A model generated the notes under the pieces. That model had not been told where the DNA came from and did no database searches. It saw only the letters and a list, made by a program, of their open reading frames with translations. The translations under genes and the position numbers were made by a program. A DNA stretch of 60,924 nucleotides, the filler included, from Sphacelaria rigidula (Eukaryota): assembly GCA_964200075.2 (NCBI GenBank). It is 7 parts of 7 records of this genome, joined end to end, with 100 filler letters (N's around TTAATTAATTAA, not from the genome) between each part and the next. Parts side by side here need not be neighbours in the genome. Positions count along the whole stretch, not along the records: positions 8,720 to 17,338 come from CAXNAA020010589.1; positions 17,439 to 26,057 come from CAXNAA020010590.1; 5 more parts are not named here. One strand, 5' to 3'. Shown in pieces: positions 12,034 to 23,390 of the stretch (the first letter of the stretch is position 1; each line of letters opens with the position of its first letter).

Positions 12034-13643
12034 CTTCCTCTGTGCCATAAGTAAAGGTCCTTGTGGGCGTTTAATCGTTTGGGTATTTCAACGTTGACGA
12101 TCATCCAATCTATGGTTGGGTTCGTTAGGCTACTCATGTATTTAAAAAAAACGTCATAAAAAAAGGCGTTTTTCATTAGCACGTTTTTCAACATAACTTT
12201 TTTAAGTAGCCCTTCTTACGTGATTGACGCTATCAACATTGGAAAAGCAATATTTATCGTTCTCTACAAGGCGTGTGGGCATAATTTTGAAATCTGGGGC
12301 GCGCGAGAGACACACATCACTCTGCTGTCGTGTCGTGGTGTATGGTCCACTACTGTAATATATTGACAGAGCAATACATGGTGGGCTGCGTGACGCAAGA
12401 CGAGCAATAAGAACATCACCTTGCTGTACCTAGCACCATCCATGGCTTGAGTGCGTGGGCGGTCTGTACTGCATAGCGACGTCTGTTCGCAACAAGCTGC
12501 ATGCACAGACCTGAACTGATCTCCGATTTCGCTGCACCGTACCGTAGTACTCGATTGTACGGACAGAACGGACAAGAGTGCAGATAGTGCTGTATTGCAT
12601 GCATTGGATGTACTACAGTAGTAGCACTACCTATCTTATGTAGTCTTGCGTGTACTGTCAGTTCGGTCCTGTCTCTACTAGGCTTGGGTGCGTTGGCATT
12701 CCGGAGATCATTGCGACGGCTGTTCGCAACACTCTGCCTGCACAGACCTCAACTGGGCTACACTATTGTACGGACTACATAAAGGCTGTCCTGCCTGTAC
12801 AGCACTCATCGGTTCCGCCCTGTGCTGTTCTCATGGGGTAAAGGGCCACCGTGCTACTGACGAGCGAAGGACAAGGATGCAACACGCTGAATGCCCGCGA
12901 GCACCAGCGACAGCAGTAGTGACGGCAACCAAGCCGTCACAGGTGCTGTCGTGGGCTGTAGGGTGTGTTCAAACGCTTTTTCAATAACATTTTTCGATAG
13001 CCCAAGGTTATCGGAAAATTTCTTCTCATAAAACGCGTTTTCTGATCGCATAAGAATTGGATTTTTGGCCTGATATCGGAAGCCGCGTTTTCTGACACTC
13101 TTCTTTTTATACATAAGAAGTAGCCTTAGAAAGGCCAGGCGCAAACGAAGCTGATGAAAAAAAAACAGAGAAAAAAAGTCGTTTCCATCACTAAAATTAT
13201 GTCGAAATATAGCCCTTTTTGACCTTTTTTGACACATTTATACCCCCATCATTGAGCAATTTTGGACGTTTTCACGTCGAGCACTAGCATTTACATGCTA
13301 ACAAAATATTGGATAGGGCGTGCGTAGGTTCACATCACGGACATGTTCAAAATCAGTGGTGGTTTTGCGATTTTCACATTTTCTGCCCCATTTTTTGCGA
13401 TTTTTCTGTTCCCGGGTCTATCATGCTTTCCTGGGAAAACGAGCGAAAAATGGCCGTTTTTTGGACCGACCTACTTTTTCTCGGCCACGCGGCTGCATGG
13501 GTCAAGCACCCACGTTGTAGAAATAATGTTAGTTGTAGCTTAAGAAAAACGCTGACGATTGCAATAAAAATATCGAAAATCAAATATCACACCGTTAGTG
13601 GTTCGTGCTATCATAAGGACCTTTACTTATGGCACAGAGGAAG
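12034..13643 (+). mobile_element. Tc1/mariner (Stowaway-like) non-autonomous DNA transposon, 1.6 kb
   Basis: Perfect 29-bp TIR CTTCCTCTGTGCCATAAGTAAAGGTCCTT with TA on both sides (12032-33, 13644-45). No transposase ORF recognised. Confidence 0.9.
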
Positions 13644-14106
13644 TATGAGAATAGCGTGTTTCGCCGGCCATGTTTTGTGTTCGGTACAGTCACCGCATTA
13701 ATTATATGTATCTTCAAGGCTGTGCCCGGTACAGTCACCGCTTAGAGTTGGATCACTGAAGAGAAACGTCATCTACGGGTCCGGTGGTACCCTCCAGTTA
13801 ATCATTCAGTAAACCATTCCCATTTTGACTACTGAGACGAAGGCGAAAGGCGAAGGCGCACAGCCCGCGGGGAAAATCCTGTTTGCTGCGGAATTATTGT
13901 GTCGTTTGTCTCATGTTGTCACGTCCCTTCGTTTTTTCAGTCATTTTTACGATACCGCACAAGAGAATACCGCGGTTCATATTGACGTTCGTTTTATCGC
14001 GCAGGATTACTTAACGCGGGCTTGGAATTGTAATAATCCAACTCACGCCACACCATTTTTTTTCTCTGACAGATCGGACGGAATCTTGTCGTGATGTATA
14101 TATATA

Positions 14107-14545
14107 TAGTCTTGCCATATTTCTGCTGAGTAGTTCTGAAGAGGTGTGGGTAATTATCCCCAATTTTGGGTCTTGAGCGTCAAATTTCGAGAAAAGCCCT
14201 GGCTCTTTTTTTTTTTTTTTCCTGCCATACCGTCACATGTTGAACCCCTCCCATTCCCCGGGACGAATCCGTGTTGGTCTAAAGGGATCAAGCCATCTCT
14301 CCATGGTACACGCCTCCTTACATTTTGGTCTCGTGGATTGGATCATGACTATAGTATCAGCACTCCCGCACTGCGTCGACGTCTGCCAAACAGAGTAATT
14401 TTGCAACGGATGTTCTCGCGCTTTCAACGCTTTCAACCATGAAAATCAGGTACTCTGAAGTGAAAAAAGACGAAACTAGACGTATCATGGCGGGAATCGA
14501 AACCCAGTGGTGTTGGTTGTATCATTACACCACCGGAGGCGCGGA
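14107..14545 (-). mobile_element. Putative tRNA-derived SINE
   Basis: Minus strand has A-box-like GGTGGTGTAATGA and B-box-like GGTTTCGATTCCC near 14490-14535. Flanked by (TA)n and (GTAT)n tracts. Confidence 0.5.
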
Positions 14546-15048
14546 GATGTGTGTATATGTGTATGTATGTAATATGTATATATGTATCTATGTATGTGAG
14601 TACGTGTCTTTCTTTTTTTACTGTTGACTTCCGTTTGTTCTTCAAAGTATCGTCCTTCTTTCTGGTTTGTTGTTGTTTGTTGTGCGTCTACCACTCTCAG
14701 TAGTTTTCTATTTCGTTTGACTGAATAATCTGTTTTAACAATCCACCCTATTCAAAGAAGCAACTGTACTGTACTGTGGTGGCCTTTTTTTGTTGTCGAG
14801 TATCAACCTGCGAGCATCGTGTATACCCAATCCCCGTCCTCCATGTGATTTTTTTTTCCTGTCAAGCTACACCCATATTTTGAATTTCGTTTTCATCTCT
14901 TGAGCACGCACGCACCCACAAACGCACTCCGCCGCCACCTCGCACTACTTCCACCACTCCCGTTTCACCTTCCAACCCACTTTGCAAAATGAATCCGCAT
15001 CATCCAATATACACGAATCGGAAACCTCGTGTCACAAAAAAAACACAG

Positions 15049-15702
15049 TCCACGATGCCGTCACCCGGCCGGAGCCGATCCGAGATTTCTACCGACGAGG
15101 AAATGGAGGGGGGAGTAATTCGCAAGCAGAACAAGAACAAGAACAAGAACTCGAGCGCTAACTCCAACTCCAACTCCACCGAAAATGTGAAGAACAAAAG
15201 CACCACTGCCACCGTTGCCAGCAGAAATAGCAGCAGCAGCAGCGGCGGCGGCAGCGGCGGCGGCCGCAACAACAGCACCGACACCACACCCGGCCGAGCA
15301 CCCGCCCATGGGCACGGCGATGCACTGGACGCCGCCGATGCTGCCGCCGGGCAGGCGGGTACGGAGTCCCCGGCATTGGCGCTCTTATCTTCGGTGAACC
15401 CAATTGCCAACAATGACAAGACTATCGCCCTTGCAAGCAAGATCCCGGGGTCGAAGGTGGCAGCAGCGGCGGCGGCGGGCGGCAGGGGTCGGCGCGGAAG
15501 GGGTAGTGGAGTAGGCGCAGCGGTGTCCACACCCGCGGTGACCACTCGGACTACCAGAGCGTCATCTTCGGGTGGGGGCGGGGGCGGGCGGGGGAGAGCG
15601 GCGAGTGATGGCGGCCGCGGTAGCGCGGGCGAGATGGCGACGAGATCAAGCGGGCGGCATAGCATTGGGAGTCTGGTGTCTCAGGAGGCGCTGACGGACG
15701 AG
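15049..15702 (+). CDS. Low-complexity (Gly/Ser/Ala/Arg/Asn-rich) exon of an unidentified protein
   Basis: Long GC-rich ORF (14989-15774), acceptor AAACACAG|TCC (phase 0), donor GAG|GTATAT (phase 0). Phase-compatible with exon 10481-10761 on the same contig. It could instead start at ATG 14989 or 15055. Confidence 0.6.
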
Positions 15703-15983
15703 GTATATTTTGTGTTGTGTTGTGTTGCCTTCTCTTGTTGGAGCGAATGGGGGAGGGGGGACGTGTACTCATGATCTTGCATGCCATAGTCATGAGACCA
15801 TTGACCTCGCACCCGGAGGGGAGGGGGGGGGGGGGGGGAGAGTTTTCATGGTTTTATTTTTTACGCTTGGGCGGGAAAGGTGGGGGGGTTGTGGTTGGGG
15901 TTTTGGGGTGACTNNNNNNNNNNGGTGGGGGGGGCGGCTGGTCTGGGTGTTGGAGGGGCGGGGTGGGGGGTGGAGGTTGCGGT

Positions 15984-16017
<34 letters not shown>

Positions 16018-16819
16018 AGTTTCGCCTGATTTACTTTTGACGCTGCTGCCGAGAACGTGTGTGGTATAGTGTTGGGGTTTGGCGGCTGACTTTTACTGTT
16101 TCCACATTCGATTGTTTGTTCGAGTTGATGTGTGACTTGGGTTTGTCGGGGTTCGTGTTATTCGTCGACGTTGGCATCTGTGTGCATGGCAAGCGTGCTG
16201 AAACCCGCCCGAACTTGGAAATGTTGCCGCGAAAGTGTCAATAGAGAGGTCTCCGAAGGTGTAGGGTGCATCTCCGAGACTTGGTTCAGTTGTACGGCGA
16301 TGCTCTAGCGAGTGTGGAGTAACTGTGCCTCCAAAAAATAGAAATCAGGACAGACAAAGCCGCCGAATTCACGAAAAAGAAAATGATCTATTTTTTAATT
16401 TCCACTGTTCTGAATTTCGCCCATCCGCACTTGCTCTGCGAGTTGAAGGTGCGTGTCCGCGAGGCAGCGCGTCGTCCGTACAGCAGAGTTGATCGAACTT
16501 CTCCATAAATATTACACATGACGGACGGACGATTTAACTCACCTTGACACGGTGTAACTCATTTTCGTATAACACAGCGGTGCGCATTTCCTCTCGCTGA
16601 GTCACTCGGTATAACTCAGCGATACCTATTTTACTGAATGAGCTTTATGACACAACTCTTTCGCGGTGCCCATTTCCTCTGGATGAGTCGACGGTATATC
16701 TCAGCGGCAGCTGTTTTGAGTGCATGCTGTAGCACACAAGTGAGGTCCCTCATCTATTGTGCTTCGTGTAGATGGTGTGGATGATCAAGGCACACGGCAT
16801 GCGTTGTTTTGGTCCCGTG

Positions 16820-16959
16820 CACTCCCTGGACAATGACAAACAATTATATTGTCAGAAAATGTACGGCGTACAGTATGGAATCTCCTTGCCTATTGCGGTA
16901 GACGCAATAGTCTGTACGCGGTACAGTTTTCGAGAATGTCATGTATTGTCCAGGCTGTG
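16820..16959. mobile_element. MITE with CACWCCCTGGACAA termini and 8-bp TSD (copy 1)
   Basis: GTCCCGTG|CACTCCCTGGACAA…TTGTCCAGGCTGTG|GTTTCGTG (TSD matches 6/8). Confidence 0.75.
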
Positions 16960-17043
16960 GTTTCGTGTAACCAGCTATACGCTGGTCGTCATTCGTCGCT
17001 GCTCCCACAAGTTGTTGGCTTATACCGGCCGTTATGAATTTTG

Positions 17044-17170
17044 CACACCCTGAACAATGGATTCTATCGTGAAAAAATGTACTGCGCACAATATAGAATC
17101 TATTGCAAAAGGCGCAATAGTCGATGCTGTATGCAGTACACTTTTTGACTGTTCTTTTGTCCAGGGTGTG
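17044..17170. mobile_element. MITE with CACACCCTG termini and perfect 8-bp TSD (copy 2)
   Basis: GAATTTTG|CACACCCTGAACAA…TTGTCCAGGGTGTG|GAATTTTG. Confidence 0.9.
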
Positions 17171-17338
17171 GAATTTTGCACACACATGGGGACACACCAG
17201 CACGTTGGTTATGCCAGCGCATGCTGATCACAATTTCTGTACAAATATGGGGGGGGGGGGGGGGGATACTCATGATCATGCATGCCATAGTCATGAGAAG
17301 GCGGGGGGGGGGGGGGAAAAAAACTTAAACCGAAAAAA

Positions 17339-17438
17339 NNNNNNNNNNNNNNNNNNNNNNNNNNNNNNNNNNNNNNNNNNNNTTAATTAATTAANNNNNN
17401 NNNNNNNNNNNNNNNNNNNNNNNNNNNNNNNNNNNNNN
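17339..17438. other. Artificial contig-joining linker
   Basis: N44-TTAATTAATTAA-N44. Confidence 0.98.
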
Positions 17439-17480
<42 letters not shown>

Positions 17481-17498
17481 AGCTTGTAGCTTGTAGCT

Positions 17499-17920
17499 TG
17501 CCGGGCGAGAGGCCAAAAGCCGCAATACCCCGTGTCTAAAGGCTGCAAAACCCTACTGCTGTATCAAGTATCATGAGTGTGGGGACTTTTGTTATTTCCG
17601 TACGTGGGTTGGGGTGTAGGTGTGCAAGTTGTGGTCTCCAAACTCAATAACTGAAGGAAAGTTTTATTTTTTAACTAAAAATAACCAACGAAACTTCGAA
17701 TGCCCAACTTGTCGTCTTGTCCTCATGCTAGAAGGCGCGCCTCGTAAGGGGATATACTACTGCCACAACGCCCCAACAAGGACGGGAATAAGACGCATAA
17801 AGCGCGCCTAATTTGCGCTAAAAATGCTTCAAATGGGGCTTGAAAACTAAGTGAAAGCTTATGAAATAACAAAATGGAGCTAAATTCAAGATGGAAACGC
17901 GCATACGGAACTTGAGCCTA
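17499..17920 (+). repeat. Dispersed repeat, inverted homolog of ~40195-40536
   Basis: AAACTTCGAATGCCCAACTTGTCGTCTTGTCCTCATGCTAGAAGGCGCGCCTC and GCGCATACGGAACTT are shared with the reverse complement of 40195-40536. Confidence 0.85.
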
Positions 17921-18231
17921 AAGGAAAGCACACACAGAATAAATAAAATACTCAAGTTGGAGCCAATAATGAAACTCAAATCAACGCTAGACTTCTCTCT
18001 CGCACGAAAGCATTGTGGTACGCACGCTTACTACTGCAAGCGAGCAGAGTGTCCTTAGTATGGCTTTTGTTCTTGACTTTGGTCACTTCTGGTTTCCATC
18101 TTTACTATTGTGCAAAGTAGGCTTTGTCCCTGTTTGAATGTCGGTTCCCCTCACAAGTTCAAGCCACTTGCTGACTGCTAACTGATCTTCTGGGCGATCA
18201 CGGTGTGGTTGCTGTTCGTGTCGCTGTACAG

Positions 18232-18441
18232 GTTCCGCGGCAAATGATCGGTCGGTGCTTTGCGGGTTTTACGACACCAACGGCGGCCCCAAGTGGCTCG
18301 GAAGGATGCGGAGAAACCGGAAAACAGCTGAGGACCTATCGCATTGGGGTGGCGTTACCGTGAATGCGGAGGGGCGTGTTATCAAGCTGGGTCTGTCTGG
18401 TGGAAATTCTGGTACACCTGTTCTCTTCAACAAGTTGACGG
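18232..18441 (+). CDS. LRR N-terminal cap exon of a leucine-rich repeat protein (brown-algal LRR/ROCO-type)
   Basis: TACAG|GT…TTGACGG|GTGAG, phase 1-1. Encodes GSAANDRSVLCGFYDTNGGPKWLGRMRRNRKTAEDLSHWGGVTVNAEGRVIKLGLSGGNSGTPVLFNKLTG, matching the DxxxLxxxYxxxxGxxW…WxGVxxxxxGRVxxLxL cap motif. Confidence 0.85.
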
Positions 18442-20333
18442 GTGAGCGAATACAACGAACACCACTTGGTGCAGTCATGCAGGCTGCGATATCTTCGGTC
18501 GGCCCTTGCCATGACCTGTCTTGGTGACGGTAGTAGCAGGCGGATTGAGCACACGACCAATACTTCCCCAGTTACGTTTGGAAAGCCACGACGAACCTTT
18601 TTACCACGCGTGTTACGGCCTTGTCGTGGATGGATCTGGTTCAGGCCGTTGATAGGCCGAGCATGCAGAACGACGTGAGATCGGATGCGAGCGGTTTTTT
18701 TCCTGCTCTGCCCTTGCGCCCTGTAAGTCAATGGCGTAATCATTGGCAAAATTTAGCAGATGATGACAGGCGCTCGGTTAGCGTACGTAGACGGGGTCGA
18801 CCTGCCCCTTCCGTTTTCTACACATTTAGTATATCTGGATATTGCAGTGTTGTTGGGACTCTCTCACCGAAATGTGTGAAGGGATCGCATGAGTGATGCG
18901 CTACAGGGTGTATGCCTCGGACCGAGGCAATTCAAACCACGTCGCCCATATACAGGGCTCTCGCAACCGACAGATGTTACACACAGCATGATGCTCAAAA
19001 TCGCTCCATCGTGGTTCAACCAATAGGCGTCCAGTGACTCTTTGAACTCCCATTAACAAAGTTACACGAACATTGTACTTTTTCGTGTTAGTGCCCAGTC
19101 CTATCATGCTTCGGCTCTGTTGGTTAGTCTTGCCTTGGCCTGGCTTGCCCTGTCCTGACTTGTTCGGTATGCCGACCGTGTGTAGTTTCCGTATTTTGAC
19201 TTTCGGCCTGTCACGGCCCGAATACCATGTAGCCGATGATGTTTCTCATTTTGATCCGTCCTTTGGAACCGCACGTGTACTTTGGTGTGTGCCTGTGTGT
19301 TTCTCTCCCGCTGACGTGTTCGTTGAACCTCGCCTCTCGGGGGCTTTGTGCCGTCTTATCCTGTTCGTGGGCGTATAATCCATGCTTCCTTGTATCCTGT
19401 CTTGGGCCATGACTCTACGATCGCACGCGCGCTAGATTAATGGGGAAAGTTGCAAAAGAATCCACACTTTGCAGCAAAAATGTTGTCCAACCACTATCTG
19501 ATCGTACGCTCCCTGGTTTCGCTCAATCGCTTGGGCGACACACGTGTTTCCCGCATAAACTTGCTGGCTAACTTCGACGTCGGCGACCCCGACTAAACTG
19601 CACTAGCTGAGCCGCTCCCAGCTCTTCGGGAGTAGCATCCTTGATGACTGTACCGTGGATCCCGTGGTGGCCAACCCCTGACTCGCGGCTATTGTCCAAC
19701 CGACACCTATTGCTTTTGCATATAATTCTCAGTGGTTGGCCTGGGATCCGTTTCAGGGGGATCGGCACCCAACGTAAAAAAACAACCTTCAGTACAGAAA
19801 TTATAGGTCAACCCCCGCCGGCGAAACAAGAGAACGTTCCATACGCTTGATGTCCGAACCACCATGGCACTCGCAGGCCACCATGAAGTGTTGGCCTCCT
19901 CTGGACCTGGATGAACACAAGGTTGGCCTCCCCACCGCGGGGAGCGGAGCACCGGGTCGAGTTTTGTAGATAAAGGGGGCTTTGTCCAGGGCTCCACCAT
20001 TTGGTTCTTCTCGTCCACTCTCACACGGACGTTCATGTTAGCTTCAATGCTTCAATACAACTACTCGCTACTTGTCCTGGATACGAACACTCTGAGGTGC
20101 TCACACGCCACGTCGTTCGGCACAGATGCATAGTACTGTATAGCGCACAAACTGTGAGAACGTGCCTGATCCCGCCACTCGCCGGGTGCTGAGGAGTCCT
20201 CCTGTGCGTAAGATTGAATCCCCTCTGACTGAATTCGCATTCGCCACAGATGAATATGGACCGTTGCCTCGAGTGTGCTGTATCTGGATATCTGAAGGCA
20301 GCTCCATGCGTGACTCGCCTTCGTGATGTGCAG

Positions 20334-20405
20334 GTTCACTACCGGCGAAGCTTGGGGAGCTGGATGCTCTCGAGGAGCTGAACCTGTCTTGGTGCCAGTT
20401 GACGG
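20334..20405 (+). CDS. Single-LRR 72-nt exon (24-aa plant-specific-type LRR)
   Basis: TGTGCAG|GTTCACTACCG…CAGTTGACGG|GTGAG, exactly 72 nt, phase 1-1. Encodes GSLPAKLGELDALEELNLSWCQLT(G). Confidence 0.9.
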
Positions 20406-22045
20406 GTGAGAGTCTGGATGAAATCATTGTTATCGTCTCTACCCAGAAATATAGAAGATGTACTGGCAATGGTTAGAAATGTGAAGGTGTAGGTTGCAAA
20501 TTTTCACTCGGTGTGTGCTGAAGGGACCACGGGCGTGAACATAGTAAACTATTTTGTACTCGGCCTCCGACATCGAGATATGACAGGCACAGGCATGACA
20601 ATTGCTCCGGAATAACCGACCTACACGTACTACGAGGTCTGTGTCGGCCTTCCCGTTTGTTCAGATCTCCAGTGCGACACTTTTTTGTGAAATTCCGATA
20701 TGTACGTTGTGAGCGCCTTATGGGGCAGTCTGATGCAGGCACCGTGGTTTTGTCTGAACGGACCGGGTGATATGATGATACACTACCCGAAGAAACTGTG
20801 GTTTTCGTCCAACTGCATGTTTCGTTTTTTCGATCCTGCCTCCTTTTCTGTCTCGAGAGTTGCTGTTTGACGATGAAGAGCAAAATTCAGTATAATGATA
20901 GCATTTCCTTGCTCTTCGCGTAATGGGCTGACGGCGTGATGGAGTTTTGTAGTGTTTGCGACTGCGTTGCATCGAGTTTGGTAGGTCAGTCGAGGCAGCT
21001 CTTTTCAATGCGGCCGTCCGACAGAACCTTTCAAACAATTTAAAGGCCACTGATTGGTCCAGGTACCTGTTCGTCCCTTACCGTCACCCTCAAAACCTTG
21101 AACAAAATCCCAGCACCGTTACCCTCTTCACTTGTCCATGTTGGTCAGTATGGTACGGCGTGTGCAACTATTGAAAAGACATCCCAAAGCCTTCGTTGAT
21201 CAATGAATTTCGAACGTTCATTCTCATTAAGCCTGTATTGATGCACGCTTCGGGACTACTCCTATCCTTTTTCACCCCTCAGCTTCAAATTCTTGGTAGC
21301 AAAGTTTCAATTGGTATTTCCTATAAATAGTGACGTTTGAAACGCAGTATGGTGAGGGTTCTGGGTGATGGGTGCCTCAAAAATGTCTTCTCATGGGTTG
21401 ATTCAAAATATATCATCACCATCTAGAACAGTTGAACAAATATGATTCTGACAAGATTGATTGGAAGCATTTTTGGAACATCTTTTCCCGGAAACATGCG
21501 ATGTTGAGGTGGGGATAATAATCTGGAATTCTTCGTTCCGTTACATTCTGTCTTGTTGTTCTGTACTCTTAACTTCCGCTCTGGTCATGTGATGCGGATG
21601 CCTCTTGTGGTCATGGGCCAACTATCCAAAATAGTCAAGATGAGGGAATAAAACGAAGATCAAGTAGGACCCCGAAACCTTGACGCAAAAACGATCCTGC
21701 AGAGCAAAATCATCCTAACCCCATGAGGTTCAGTGCCGCAGGCGACCATTCGGACTACTGCAGATCAAACCTAACGCTCCCGCTCGGCACGCCATTCTAT
21801 AGTTACACGGTCAGTAAAAGTAAACTAGTTTACGTTCTACAAAAAACACCAGGTTTTGGAGATGGAGATGTTGATGGTGATGAAGCCTATCTGCGTCTTG
21901 GAGGTGCAATTTTATTCGTGGGTTACCATTCGAAATATGGTCACTTTTCAGTTAATCTTGGAGGTTTTCCTCGTTCGCTGCATAGTAGCAGGTGTAGGTT
22001 TATTTCCAACGATATTTTTGTTGTATAAGCGTTCGAAAATCTCAG

Positions 22046-22125
22046 CGCCCCGGGTGGTGTAAATTAAAAGATCCTACTGTCGCCGTTAGGGTGGAGAGAA
22101 CGAGGGTTCAAATCCCGATGCGTGG
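22046..22125 (+). mobile_element. tRNA-like SINE head (degenerate)
   Basis: CGCCCCGGGTGGTGTAAATT (A-box-like) … GGGTTCAAATCCC (B box). No intact cloverleaf. Confidence 0.45.
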
Positions 22126-22907
22126 GGTTTTTCCTCGGAGGTATCCGATTTCCATCGTCGGAAGCGTTTTATCAGTAGTACGTCAACAATAATGCGAGAG
22201 TAAGGGGTAAGGTTGACTGAGTTGGTTTGACGAGAGTTGACGCGATGCGGGAACGTTGACAATGATGAGGGAGACCAAATTGTAAGGCGTGGAGCGGGGG
22301 GGAGGGGGGAAGCATACTCATGTCTTACTTGGCTCGGTCGTTTGACCATTGACCACACATCCCTCTTAAGACGGAGCACCGTTCCTACTCCTAATAGAGA
22401 TACCTCCAACATTTAGGTACCATGAGGCGTGTACCGGGGATACATGTAGAGGTGACGCAATTTTGTAGTTGTGTTGAAGATATGTCAGCCGTCGTGTTCA
22501 CCGGAAAGCGCGTCACGTTGTGGACACGCCCCAACTCGCACAGTAAACGGCTGAGCTGCGATCGTGACGGCAAAGGCATTCCAAGATAGTCTCATCATGC
22601 TGGACTCTTTTGCTCAAGTATGTCTTTTTTATTCACAGGCGAATGCATTCCGCATTCAGCCCGGTAGTTTGTGCTGGGAGGGCCTTTGAGATGTACCCCC
22701 AAACCAGGGGTAGGTTATTTATCCCACGCTTCAAGTCAATGTCGAAACGTGTAGACTTGAGGCTTGAGCCGCACACGAAGACACGCTTGTAAATCATACA
22801 GGTGCAGACTTGGCTCACCAGCGTGGCACGTTGAAGGTAGCGGCGTTGACATTTGTCTCAACCCCGTTCATATTTGGACGCAAAATTTGCGCCCAAATTC
22901 GTGCTAA

Positions 22908-23390
22908 GGCCGGATGTCATGGCACACAGATTTTTAGCCAACGGGATCGTTCACTTATGAGACGTTTGACCCAATATTTGACCCCCAAAGAGGGAAAACC
23001 GCCAACACACGTCTTGGACACTTTGCTTCACCCCACAGAGAGGAGCCTAGTCTGCTTCACAGATTTGCTTGGCTTTGAGGTTTCGAGATTGGCCGCTGAA
23101 CAAAAGTTCGTGTTCAAAAATCTGTGCTTGCCGTCCTCCGCCAGTTTGCCCAATAATATGGGGAGATCGCCGTAAATTTTATTGCACACGGATTATTGTT
23201 CAGCGGCCGCTCTCGAAACCTTGGAGGCAAGCGAATCTGAAAAGCAGACTAGGCCCCTCTCTGTGGGGTGATGCAAAGTGTCCGAGACGTGTGTTGGTGA
23301 TTTTCCCTGTTTTGGGATCAAGAAGTCGCTCAAACATCCCAAAAGTGAACAACCTGTGAGCCAAAAATCTGTGAGCCATAACATCCGGCC
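22908..23390. mobile_element. PIF/Harbinger (Tourist-like) MITE with ~195-bp inverted arms
   Basis: TAA|GGCCGGATGTCATGGC…GCCATAACATCCGGCC|TGA. Long mirrored arms (CACCCCACAGAGAGGAGCCTAGTCTGCTT vs AAGCAGACTAGGCCCCTCTCTGTGGGGTG). The spacer is homologous to ~8730-8825. Confidence 0.8.

Noticed and set aside
15000..15665. 221-aa minus-strand ORF
   Set aside because: Antisense shadow of a GC-rich low-complexity exon; the splice signals support the plus strand.
15702..18232. Joining the low-complexity exon to the LRR cap exon
   Set aside because: Phases are incompatible (0 vs 1) and an artificial gap separates them.
20700..21650. Decayed transposase on the minus strand
   Set aside because: Coding-like fragments but no catalytic motif identifiable by eye.
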